A DNA stretch of 26,093 bases from assembly GCA_022813865.1 (NCBI GenBank), contig JALDZX010000051.1, positions 124,001-150,093 of the forward strand. The letters are read 5' to 3'. Source of the stretch: Xylographa opegraphella. Lineage: Eukaryota. The position numbers and the translations under genes are program-made. Below, piece by piece: positions 1 through 14,900 of this stretch (the first letter of the stretch is position 1; every line of letters starts with the position of its first letter). The notes beneath the pieces are model-generated. The model was not told the DNA's origin, searched no databases, and saw only the letters and a program-made list of their open reading frames with translations.

Positions 1-1689
1 CTGTGAAGGTCTTCTTCGAGCTCTGGAGGCGCCTGGACGGTCGAATTCGGTGGAGTGTGAGTAGTCAGAAGCTCCATAGCTCAATCATACTGAATTGTTG
101 ATAGGATATTTTAATGCGCATGGAACGGGCGAATAGACCTAAAGCGAATGCTATCAATGTAAGCTCAAGCTGCTCGATCTCTTATCTCAATCTGATACAA
201 AGCTATGAGATGAACGCAATTAGAGTCTGGAGACCTGCGCTCGGCCTCATAGCGTGGCATATCAGAGGTACTAAAAATGGGAGAGATACCCAACAACTCA
301 AGATACTTGATCGCCTCACGCCTATGCAAAAAGCAGCCAACACAACACGTGGCTTGAGCCCTGGACTTATCGATCCGGCCCTGGGAGAAGCAGGAGGCAG
401 GTGTGTAGTCAACCATGAGGATTGTATGCTTGAAATGACTAATACGTGGATAGAATTGCATGGCCAGCCCTCAAGGTAGGTCTTGGAGATCTAAAGAGAC
501 AAGAGAATACAGAAGTCCCTTCCAGGGTGGAAAGTGATGATTACATCCCGGAACCACAAGAGTCTGATTACAAGGAAGATGGAGATGCTATGACAATGCC
601 TACCAAACTCGATGAATCATTCAAACCATATTGTCAGATGGAATGCATAAATTATGCGTCAGGATTTAGCAAACACTTCATCCAAGGGGAAAGGCTCAAT
701 AGCAAATACGTTCTCGACAACAGCTACCAAAGCATGGAAAACATTGTCGAAGGACCACTGTTGTACCAGAGAACCAACAATAGGGATACCGTAAGAGAGA
801 AAGCCCTTGAAGCAGAAAAGGATCTTGAAGAAGAAGCAGACAAGGAGTACGAAATGATGCACAAACCTGTGGAATATGAGCTTGATTATGAAGTATCTCC
901 TCATGACCATCATAGCTTTCGAGATAACTACCAAGCTTTGCGAGATAGCCATGAGGTGTATCATGGCGATATTCAAAGCCTTCATAACAGCCAAAGGAGC
1001 TTTCAAAATAACCATAACATTATTCGAAATGGTAATCGAGCCTACCCAGACCGCCATCAAGCGTTCCATGACGATAACGCGTTGCACGAACATCGGGCCT
1101 TCCACAACGGCCAGATCTCGCAAAACGCTCAAGTTTGGCAAGCCGAGCAAGTCATTCAACACGGGCAACAATCCTTTCAAGATCATCAAGGTTTCAAGGA
1201 TACCATGAGATGGAGTAAGGTGCCAATAACCAACGCTACAGCACGATCTGCGGTCTCTGAAACAACAGATCAGGACGCTAAAGAATTATGCGGTTATGAC
1301 ACGGGACCCGAGGTAAACGATGCAGAGAGTACTGGTTCAAAAAACATGGGTCCCACAACATCGATTGACGCACCAGTACTACCAAGTTGGTCATTCTCAC
1401 TCGATCAGGATTTGCCTCAATTACTAGAAAGGATGGCTACCAACGAGATCAAGCCTCTGAATTCCCATAGAAAGTTTGTATGTCAGACCTGTTAATTTGA
1501 TCGTATGGTGCAATTGCTGATCGAACCGCCCATGCGCAGAAAACATCGACAGCGGGTACTCCGGCTCTTCAGGACTTTGACCTGCTTTTGTATCAAGAGA
1601 CAGTTGGAGGAACCCTTGCAGCAGCTGCTGCGGAATTCCGAGAATTTCAAGCCTGTGGACGTGGTTGTCGCCGGCGTCCCAGCTATTGA
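1..1689 (+). CDS. Uncharacterised fungal protein, 5'-truncated by the window edge (>=490 aa), with an acidic linker and His-rich 7-aa repeats
   Basis: Inferred exons <1..56, 105..158, 210..400, 454..1477, 1540..1689. Introns: 57-104 (GTGAGT..CTGAAT..TAG), 159-209 (GTAAGC..CTGAT..GAG), 401-453 (GTGTGT..CTAAT..TAG), 1478-1539 (GTATGT..GCTGAT..CAG). All phases are consistent and join ORFs 114..479 and 446..1495 into VKVFFELWRRLDGRIRWS-DILMRMERANRPKANAIN-MNAIRVWRPALGLIAWH...NTTRGLSPGLIDPALGEAGGR-IAWP...KF-KTSTAGTP...RRRPSY*. Confidence 0.7.
908..1075 (+). repeat. Degenerate 21-bp (7-aa) coding tandem repeat, 8 units
   Basis: Units HHSFRDN/YQALRDS/HEVYHGD/IQSLHNS/QRSFQNN/HNIIRNG/NRAYPDR/HQAFHDD. 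Adjacent DNA units are similar (catcatagctttcgagataac / taccaagctttgcgagatagc). Looser units continue to about 1200. Confidence 0.7.
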
Positions 1690-2312
1690 CAGCATCTTTG
1701 TTGCCGGTGATGCTCCGGTTCGCAACTTAAGCATCACAGGAATAAATATACGCACTGGACTGAGAGAGGCTTCTTATAGGTTGTAGGTTTTCCACATATG
1801 ACCAGCAGGTCAGAGCTCGAGAGAGAATCTGTCATGTAAGGCCGGAAGGGTTCGTATTCAGAGTATCTCAATACGCGACGAACCTTGAGTGGTGACTTCT
1901 CTCTCTGATACGGATGTACTCGGTAGGTACCTGACGGCAGGCCTTGGCCATTGATGAACAAAAGATATATTGGTGTTTGTGAAAGTAAGATAGGTCTATA
2001 GAACATTTCGATGCAAAATCGATCGGTGGATTAATTTAGGACTAGCGTTGCGGCGGATCTTGCCAAGCTATTCCAATTAATGCCTGAGGGTCGCTAAAGC
2101 GAAACGACGTTCAGACACTGGACTGCTCTCCCCTTCACTGAACGACGCGAAATCATTGATGAGAAGATCGAAAGAATGAATTAAGGTTCGCTTTAGTCTC
2201 TATTTTTGGCCAAATACTACAATCTAATCAGATATTACTACCCTATAAGAACGGAAGAGATACGAGCCTCAAAGTGTTTGAGTATTTACTTAAATAGCTG
2301 CATATGGAAATC

Positions 2313-3536
2313 CTATGCAAGTTTACGAACAAGGAACTCGTTGATGACTTCTTGACACTCCTTGGAAGCTGGTAATTCTTCTGGAGGAAATAGATTGAAC
2401 GCATGAGGAGCGCCAGGAAAAAGCCTTGTAGTCGCATCCATCCCTGCCATCTGCCACCTCAGTGCCATCATCACCGTATCTTCCAGTAGACAGTCCTAGA
2501 AAACGAATTATAATATTAGCCACCATGTACAGTAAAAAGTGTCTCGTCTTACCTCGGTACCACAAGTGAAAAGAGCTGGCGGAAGCTGGATCCCGCCGAG
2601 ATCTTTATAGAAGGGCGAAATCGATGGATCCTTGCGCTCATCCGGGGTCTTTCCGGGCAAGAACGCATCCATGTATTTCACCATAATTTGCGGGGTGAGT
2701 ACAAGTGGTTTGGAAAAGTTTCGAGCTTGAGGCAAGAAGGAGAGATCATATGCTCCATAGTTGAGTACAATACCAGACAAGTGAAAATTTGGCCTGCTAT
2801 CCAGCAGATGAAACAGTGTAAGAAGCGTCAGATGGCCACCAGCAGACTGATAAGCGTCAATAAAATGGCAAAGACTCCTAATATCGTCTTCGAATGATAC
2901 ATACTTCACCACCCATGAATTTCAGCAGCACACCAAAGTGGGTATGTCCATGGTCGACCAACCACTCTGCCGCATCAAAGCAATCCTCTGGTCCTTTCGG
3001 AAACGGGTTCTCTGGCGCAAGTCGATAACCGACGCTCACAACAGCAATATTCGCACCATCAGCAACGGCCTTCAGGAGTGGATCTTGGCTTGTAGTCACT
3101 ATTAAGCGTGACTTCTCCACTTGCTGAGGAGACATCCGACTTACTCTGCTTCGCTTTGTAGGACCCAGCCTCCTCCATGTATATGCATGTAAACAGCTGA
3201 AACATCCTGTCTGCCTTCTGGCATCATGATTCGACATGGAATGTCCCGCCCTTCTTGACGAGAAGGTATTGAGAAAGGCTTGCCAGAGTCAAGAATCGTC
3301 GGCTTCGGCAGAGGCGTCTTTCCCTCACGTCTCAGTACTCTATAATTTTCGGCTCCGACCTAAAAAGCTTCAGTCTAATATCAAGCTATCTGTGATCTAT
3401 GAGAAACTACCTCAAACCATTTCGGGCCCTTCCGCCCGATGGCAATAAGATTCTCATTGAATTGACGCTGTGCTTCGGTCATGGCATCAGGCTGCAGCCG
3501 AAAACCGTTGATTCGGATATCATTGTCTAGCAACAT
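2313..3536 (-). CDS. Alpha/beta hydrolase, HSL-like esterase/lipase family (abhydrolase_3), ~333 aa
   Basis: Exons (minus) 3536-3411, 3359-3145, 3088-2905, 2846-2553, 2495-2313, with four 51-58 nt GT-AG introns and consistent phases. Motifs: HIHGGGW oxyanion hole, YRLAPENPFP, GGE-SAGG nucleophile elbow, GTE-DCL (Asp) and PGAPHAF (His). Confidence 0.92.
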
Positions 3537-4640
3537 ACTTCACGACGGTTATAGCAGTGTCGAAACTACGCATTGGAGATAAACAGTCAATGAGAATCAT
3601 TCTCTTTGCAAATAGTTTCTTGCGACGTCATAGCAAATCCCCAAATGGCTTGTTCGGCTGATAGTTATCCTTCGGAAGTCCCACTCCGAACATTGTAATC
3701 CAGTTCAGAGACTTAATTGTATTATTGATAACAATACTACATTCAATGCTCAGTCGAATATGATCCCTCGAAATCGGCTCTCCAGGGTTCGAACATCGGA
3801 AAAGCCTTCGACCAATGCCGAGTTCTTTGGATATTATCTACCACTGAAAATATTTGGCTCGTTCACCCAACGAAAACGGGTTGGAAGCGTGGGACTGCAT
3901 CCTTCGACTGGGTAGATACCGCTTCAATTGTTGTCGTAGAGTTCTGAGTGAAGCTTGAATACCCTCCGTCACCCTCTACGGATCTCGGGCATGTACCCTC
4001 GGATTTGCTGGCGGCGTAACACAACCCACGCAGCAGCCCCCACACTGTGGCTTGATCATCACTTCGCTGTTGCCTCTGTTAGTCCTAATTACGGAACGGG
4101 GCAGTCTCTCCGTAGCTAGCCGTAACTTACTGTGACCCCGCGACCGCTAAGCCCTAACAACTCGGAGGCTCATTTGGGAACATCTTCACATCCTTGCTCG
4201 TTTTCTACCGCGAAACACACGGTTCGAACTCCTTGGAACATAGCACTCCTCCCGTCCTCTTGGCTGTTCTGCAGCTCGAGGTACTTCTTCTGGGTGCACT
4301 CGAATAGGTATTTACCATTTACGGTGCTCGAAGTTCGGAAACCACTGTCTGAACTGCCTTGGTCGACTGCATGGTGAGTGAACACATTTCCCCCTCCAGG
4401 ACCGTTCACTCCCCAGTAGTGATTTGTCTGATGACCATCACAGAGTAGCAGTCACTTCTGAGTCTATCGTCGTCGTCGTTGTCTTGAATACATCCTTAGA
4501 TTAGTTCGGCTGAACTCCTCCGGTCACACTTCCTCATCACCTCTGACAAAGCTGACGGTCTCCAACTTTCGAGTCTCGTGACCGTCTTGTATCCCCTTTG
4601 CACCAGTTTCAGCGACTGATAATCTTGCAACTTCGGCATC

Positions 4641-7678
<3,038 letters not shown>

Positions 7679-7851
7679 TCGGTTCTACCTCTCCGCGAAT
7701 CCCGCTTTATCATATGATATCTACACTTTGCTGAAATGGCTCGCATTTTCGGCCATTGGGTAGTTTACGAAGACACGTGACGGCAATGTGGTATGCAAGA
7801 AGCCCCTGAAGCTTCTTGCACACCCAAGCCATCTACTTCGGCCTGATCTTC

Positions 7852-7881
7852 GTTTTGTTTTGTTTTTGTTTTGTTGTTTTT
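7852..7881 (+). repeat. (GTTTT)n-like simple repeat in the probable cla4 3' UTR
   Basis: gttttgttttgtttttgttttgttgttttt. Confidence 0.8.
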
Positions 7882-7966
7882 CCACCACAGCATAGGTTAC
7901 GGGGATATGGCCCAAGGCGTTGGCGGACGGAGGAGGATGGCTCTGGTCTGGAATTCGATACCCACT

Positions 7967-7998
7967 GTGGGCCCCCTCTCTACGGAGAGGGGGTCCAC
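7967..7998 (+). other. 14-bp GC-rich hairpin with a C(UACG)G tetraloop
   Basis: GTGGGCCCCCTCTC-TACG-GAGAGGGGGTCCAC: 13 Watson-Crick pairs plus one G-U pair. Confidence 0.75.
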
Positions 7999-8339
7999 TG
8001 TTAACGATTTTCTATGGATCATGCCCGAAGCTAGGGATAGACAAAATGCAAACGCGATGAAATTTAACCCTTGCGATGCCTGTGATACATCTCCGTCTAT
8101 GCGACTAGCCTTTGCATGCGTAGTGCACATTAATGGCTCTCGGAGGAACTGATGAATCGGAAGTTCTTCGTAGATAACTTACCTTTGTCTAAGCGTGAGA
8201 GCCTTATTTGCAGGACTATGTGCAGTTTTGATGTAGCATTCATGTTACGTTGAGGAAGAAATCATGATGTGAGCCAAATGCCGCAAATCTCATTGCAGAT
8301 TCTAGTGCTCTACAGTGTTTCAGCATACCTCCCACCACC

Positions 8340-9763
8340 CTACCTCTCCTCTCCAAACGGGTAATTGAACTTCAGCAATCCGTTCAAACCCCCGACCCAG
8401 CCGTCATCCCCACCGCTCTGCCCTCCTCTCATGATACACGGTACCCCACCCCTCCATCCCTCCTTGTTGCGGTCGAACTCCTCTCCCGTAACCCTAACCT
8501 CCCCTCCGACCTCAAGTCCCCCATGGCGTCGCATCCCATCGACGCTGACTTCCACACTCCGTCCCCTGTTCTTCTCGCTCAGCCTCAGCACGATTTCCAC
8601 GTTCGCTGGGAGGATCAGGGGGCGGAAAGACAGGCTACGGGGGCAGATTGGAGTGAGCAGAAGAGAAGAGACCAGTGGGTGGATGATGCTACCTCCGGAT
8701 GAGAGGGAGTAGGCGGTTGAGCCGGTGGGAGTGGAGATGATCATTCCGTCGGCGACGGCTTCTGTGAGAAAGCGCTTGTTGACGAGCACATCGATGATGG
8801 TGAGATGCGGGTCGGCGCCGCGGTGGATGAGCACTTCGTTTAGGGCGTGGATGTCTGGTATCGAAGTGTTTGGAGGCGATGAAGGGGGTTTTTGGGACAA
8901 GGTTAGCGGAATCCGCTCACCAGTGGAAGAGAAGATGCCGACTTTGAGGCGGTTGCGCAACAGTATACGGGCACTGCGCTGAGGACCGAGCGATTTGCCG
9001 CGGATGGCACTCCAGTCCGGTTCCGGGTCTACGGCTGGAATCGCGTTTTCTTCAAAGGGTTTAGGAACCTTGGGCCTATCTTCTAAGATCGCATCACGCT
9101 CGGAAGGGGCGCCAGACATGTACACTTCCCGAAATGCTCGCTTGTAATCCGTAAATTTCCACTCCCCCAAGAAGCCGAGCGTACCCATTGTGAAAGAGAG
9201 AATTGGCGAGACGGAGTGGGTGGCGGAGAAGAGGGACGAGGCATGGAGGATAGTGCCATCGCCGCCAAAAGTGGTCACGAGATCCGTCTTGGTATAGAGG
9301 ACTGAAGGTGACGAGGCGGCTAAGTCTGTAAATATAGGGACAGACACTCGGTCATGTAGAGATTCGGCGAGAGGTACCTCGCAGATTAGTGATATGGATG
9401 GGTATGTCGAGGTAATATGTCTGAAAAGCCACGCAATTAGTTGCTAGGAGTGAGTCTGGAACTTGGGATCACTACTCCGCAAATTCTATCAATGCATTTG
9501 TGGCTGGTTGAGAACAGTCCTTCTTCACCAACAGTACATTTCGAGGTGGCGATGGCCATTGTAGGGATAAGAGATCATTGTTCCTGGTCTCTGCGAGTGT
9601 GAGCTTATGAAGCCAGCGGAACAGGCGAAGAGTGCGTACCACGATAGCTGGGATGAATACGATCCGGAAGCTCCACGATATCTCTAATTAGTAGTCTACG
9701 AGCTGACGAAGTAAATCGGCGGCGCCGCAGGGCGGGTGGGAGTTTCCGACGTGGAACTTTCAT
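8340..9763 (-). CDS. POS5: Mitochondrial NADH/NAD kinase Pos5, ~439 aa
   Basis: Exons (minus) 9763-9640, 9590-9476, 9420-8340. Arg-rich presequence-like N-terminus, LQWPSPPRNVLLVKK, GGDGT, GTLGFL, ALNEV, DGMIISTPTGSTAYSLSSGG, and the C-terminal WVGGLNGLLKFN typical of Pos5. Confidence 0.92.
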
Positions 9764-10123
9764 CTTGGATCTGGAAAGATGTTTTTGTTTAGGGTTCAAC
9801 CACGTACTTTACTACAATCTATCTCCGATGGTGGTCTGTGCACCAGCCCTACGACAGGCCCCGAAATAGTTTGGTCATGTTCCATCGTCATTCGTCATTA
9901 TGGGCTTCGTAGATCAATCTGACCTACCAGCGGCGGAATTACGGTGCTCAAATCCTTTCCAATCAGCAAGGAAAGGGCCTGGAGCAGATTTAGTGCATGA
10001 TCAGGGGCTTTGCATGTCATCCGCGATGGCCGCATGATCTAACGATAGTTTGATATTGATATCAAAATTACGCCTGGCCCCTTCAGAGTCTCATTGGAAT
10101 ATCTGTCAAATTCACACGAAACT
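9764..10123. promoter_or_regulatory. Probable bidirectional promoter between POS5 and the acyltransferase gene
   Basis: Only 360 bp separate the divergent ATGs (9763 minus, 10124 plus). Contains three GCATG copies (9995, 10012, 10032) and the inverted repeat TTTGATAT-tg-ATATCAAA (10049-10066). Confidence 0.5.
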
Positions 10124-11466
10124 ATGACTTCTAACAGTTCGGATCAGAAACCTGATGCTGTGCAAGAGCTATCCCCAGATGTTGGTGCGGCCTTCCCAGC
10201 GAAACCAGCGGAGCCACATCCGACAGGTAGAGTAAAGTACAATGGGTATGTCCAATTTGTGAGGATGCTACTGTTTCTTACATGGTTCAACGCTTGTTGT
10301 GTGAATATTCATATCACACAGATGTTTGGAGCCCCACTCTACTTTTTCAATAAGGATTGGTATCATGCATATATGGCTATCACGAAACAGTCATTTGCGC
10401 TTTTAATCACAACCATCACACAATGGTTCAGTCCCACAGTCATAAGAGTCAGCGGTGACAAAAGTGTGAGAGGTCAGATCAGACAGAGTAAAGATGGACG
10501 ACTGGAGACAGACTTCCCAGAGAGATTGATCATGATCGCCAACCACCAGCTTTATACGGATTTCATCTACCTTTGGTGGATAGCGTACACCAATAAGATG
10601 CACGGACATATGTATATTATTTTGAAAGAGAGTCTGAAGTGGGTTCCTTTCATTGGCCCTGGTATGATGTTTTACGGCTTTGTTTTCATGGCAAGGAACT
10701 GGACGAAGGATAAGCCACGCCTAAAACATCGATTAAAACAACTCAAAGGTCGACATAGTGGACCCTTGTCCGGATCCCAAGACCTGGATCCAATGTGGCT
10801 TATGATCTTTCCAGAGGGAACAAACCTGTCGGCCAATACCAGAAAAGGCAGCGCCAAGTGGGCAGCAAAGCAAGGCATCAATGATCTACAGCATCAATTA
10901 CTTCCACGCAGCACTGGGTTTCAGTTCTGTCTACTGGAGCTCAAGGGGACCGTGGATTGGGTATACGACTGTACCACGGCATACGAGGGCATTCCGTAAG
11001 TGTTTTCCGTCAGTGATTTCTACGCTTGTTGACAGACAGTAGCCGTGGTGGGTATGGTCAAGATTACTTCACACTTCGATCTACGTATTTGGAAGGGCGG
11101 CCACCGAAGTCAGTCAATTTGTACTGGCGCCGCTTTCCTGTATCATCAATACCTATCGATGATGTCAAAGCCTTCGAGCAATGGGTCAATAAGGTGTGGC
11201 TGGAAAAAGAAGATTTGCTCGAGTACTATGCACAGAACGGTCGATTTCCCGATGCTGACGAGGGTCAAGATCTCAGCGAAGGTGTGGATGCGCCCAAGGG
11301 AGCTGGGTTCATCGAGACCGAAGTTAGACTGGCGCATTGGTATGAGTCTGGCTCCATCTTCATATTCTTGACCGTGTATGCCTTGATCGCGAACATCGTC
11401 GCCAAGGTCTGGAACTTGGCGATATATGGGTCTATGGTGGACGCAGCTGTCAGTGCAGCTACCTAG
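10124..11466 (+). CDS. Lysophospholipid acyltransferase, PlsC family, Cst26/Psi1-like, ~431 aa
   Basis: Exons 10124-10995 and 11043-11466 (intron GTAAGT..TTGAC..TAG). NHQLYTD (HX4D), LKESLKWVP, FVFMARNW, IFPEGT, LLPRSTG, YDCT, with N- and C-terminal hydrophobic helices. Confidence 0.88.
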
Positions 11467-11977
11467 CAGTCTGTCGGGTGTCGATGGCTTGGTGAATTAA
11501 TGATATCCAATGTGATGAGCTCGACCATTGAAGTCTCGGTGGGAGGCAGACCGACGCACATATGGGCGAGTCGCGCTCGTATAGCAGCACACCCTTTGTA
11601 GACGCGCTGCTTTCTGGGCTTGGAGTTAAGAGCATTTAGGCAGATACAGGACGGGAATATGGTGATTGGAAGTTCCGGTTGAAGCTTGAGCTCTCATAAG
11701 CCTCGTCGGCCGTAAGGCTTAGCGTCGGAACGCCATGGTGCAGGGATCTTTCAAGAAGTTCGCGCATCTTCAACTTTGGCGTCGTTCGTCTACAAGCTCT
11801 GACTTGTGTTTGTCGTCAGCTTCACGCTCATTTCCTTTACCTCCTCTTCGATTCACTCTTTCCTGTGTTGTATACATTAATCTCATGTCGCGATAGTGGT
11901 AGCGCCATCCACCTCTTGGTGCGCTCTCGAGCATAATCGTGCCCAAGCTCATTATTCTCGTTCTCTGCAGCCCATAA

Positions 11978-14900
11978 ATGGCGTCGCTCACGAATGGCCA
12001 TACTAATGGACACGCTCACTTTTTCACCCACGATGGTCAAACGGGAAATATACGCTTTGCAGACATACCCTTGGCAATCGATATTCCTGTACCAGGCGCC
12101 GATATCGAAGAGGCGGTCGAAGTCAATCTCGAAGACTTGCCCGACGACCCTACCGAACTCTGCACGCTTCTGGAAAATGAAGCAGCAGCGAAGAACTTCT
12201 GGCTTGTGATCTCTCTTGCATACGCAAAGCAGCACAAATTTGAGCTGGCGATCGAGATACTGAATAAAGGATTGACTGTATTGGCAAGGGCGCCTCCGAA
12301 AGAGAAAATTGGCTTGTTAAGTTTACTGTGTTGGTTGTTTTTGTACAAAAGTAGGGAAGCACCAAGAGTCGTGCCTGATGGAGTCCTTGTATCGGAAGCC
12401 AGAACAAAAGACTTCTATCTTCAAGCTGCGACTGGAGCTTTGAACGAAGCATCGCGGGTCAACCCCTCTTTCCCGCCGCTATTCCTTGCTCGTGGTATTC
12501 TATCACTTCTTCGAGCTTCACTACAGCCACCTTCCAAAACGCTAGCACCGGGCGCAGTGGAACAATCCGAGCGTGTTGAAACTCTGCGGCAGGCTCTGAA
12601 ATGCTTTGATGATGCATCACGGGTGTCCGCAGGCAGGAATATGATGGCCATGCTAGGGAAGGGCAGGACATTATTCTCCCTCGGCAGATATGCTGATGCA
12701 TTGGAATGTTATCAGGAGGTTTTAGGAAAGATGCCTGATCTCCGGGATCCTGACCCGCGCATTGGTATTGGATGCTGTCTTTGGCAATTATCGCACCGCG
12801 AAGAAGCCCATGGTGCTTGGGAAAGAGCTCTGGAAACCGTGAGTCATTGATTAAGTTATGTGCGGCCTCGGTCTAACTCAAGCGCAGAATCCTGATTCCA
12901 AGATTGCCAATATTCTTGTTGGCCTTTATTATGTCCATGACAGCAACAGATTCTCCACGACCGAGTCTGGCTTTTTACCCATATATAAAAAAGCAATGAC
13001 TGTGTATACCCAGAGAGCTTTCAAGCTGGATAAAGAATACCCTTTGACTTGTGCCACCTTCGGTGGGTACTTTCTAGCACGACAGGCTTGGGCAACAGTC
13101 GAAACCCTGGCACGAAAGGCGATTGAGCTTACAGATGTCAATGCTATAGCCAGTGATGGCTGGTATTTACTTGCTCGTAAAGAACACCACGCAGGTCCTT
13201 CAGGGTATCCCAAAGCGATCGAATACTACAACAGAGCCGATAATGCTCGAGGAGGAGGCGATCGAGGTTTTTTGCCGGCAAGATTTGGTGCTGCACAAGC
13301 TCAAGTTCTGAACAACGATATTGATGGTGCAAAGTTTCGACTTGATAAGATCATTCAATACACCAAGAATATAGATGCTATGGTACTTCTTGGTAGTCTC
13401 TATGCTTCAGAGGTGTTTGCAAATTTGGCCGCTGTCGTCGGAGAAGACAAGACAAAGGAACACCAGAAAGCTATAGCATTATTGGAAGCTGTTCGGCTTG
13501 CATGGAAAGATTCAAAAAAGAACATCAAACCAGATACCGCGGTATTGATTTGTCTCTCGCGCTTGTATGAAGCAGAACAGCCAGAGAAAAGCTTGGCATG
13601 TCTACAGCAAGTATACCAAATGTCTCTTGATAAGCTACCAGATGAGGAGAAGCATCAAGACATTGAAGATGAGGATACTCGGATCGCCCGTCAAAAAGAA
13701 CATCTAGCGCCTCAGCTACTAAACAACATCGGCTGTTTCCAATTCCAAATGGAGAAATTCGATGATGCAAGGGAGGCATTTCAAACTGGTCTTACTGCCT
13801 GTATTAGACTCGGTGAGAAAGAAGTTGACAAGGATACTGATCCACTCATCACTACAATTAGCTTCAACTTGGCACGGACCTATGAAGCCATTGGCCTGCT
13901 TGATGAAGCAAAACAGGTCTACGAGGGGCTTCTGGAACGACATGATGAATACACCGATGCCCGAGCTCGACTTGCCTACATTGAACTTCGTCAAAATCCT
14001 ACAGTCGACGGTCCAAAAGCGATGGCAACCCTGTTCGAAACAGACGCGGCCAATCTGGATGTACGAGCGTTATACGGGTGGTATCTTAGCAAAGCGAAAC
14101 GGCGTGCCGCCAATATTGCTGAGGATCAAGAACAACGACACTACAAGCATACACTCCAACACTATGACAAGCACGATCAGTATTCCTTGACTGGGATGGG
14201 AAATTTGTATCTCACAACAGCACGCGAGATGCGGAGGGACACCGAGCAGGACAAGGATAAGCGCCGAAAGACCTACGAAAAGGCAGTCGAGTTCTATCTC
14301 AAGGCATTACAGCTGGACCCTCGCAATGCATATGCCGCACAAGGTATAGGGATTGCCATCGTGGAAGACAAAAAAGACTTTACAGCAGCAGTTCAGATTT
14401 TCTCAAAGGTCAAGGATACCGTGCGTGATGCAAGTGTTTATGTCAATCTTGGCCACGTCTATGGAGAGTTGAAACAGTACTCTAGAGCTATCGAGAGTGT
14501 AAGCCAGAGTATTTCTCTTCTTGTTACACCGCTAACTGTGTTCATCAGTACGAAACCGCTTTAGCCAAGGATCGAGCTTCGGATCCTCAGATTTTGGCTT
14601 GCTTAGGCCGGGTGTGGCTGCTCAAAGGTAAACACGAAAAGTCGCAGTCTGTTATGAAGTCGTCCCTTGAATATTCTCAACGAGCCCTTGAGATAGCACC
14701 TGATCAGATTCATTTCCAATTTAACATTGCGTTTGTACAAATACAGCTCGCACAGCTCTTATACAGTCTACCTGAAGCACAGCGCACTCTTGTAGAGGTG
14801 GAAGCTGCAGCGTCTGGCTTGGATGATGCGATCGAGAGTTTTGGTGAAATTGCAAAAGCAAAGAATCCGCCATACCCGCGGCATGACCTTGAGCAGCGGG

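Noticed and set aside
1472..1495. FVCQTC at the end of the 349-aa ORF resembling a C2H2 zinc-finger start
   Set aside because: VCQTC is read-through into intron 1478-1539 (GTATGT donor), and no His pair follows.
11500..11720. GTGATGA box-C-like motif and small hairpins downstream of the acyltransferase
   Set aside because: No suitably placed box D or terminal stem; the hairpins are short and wobble-rich, as expected by chance.
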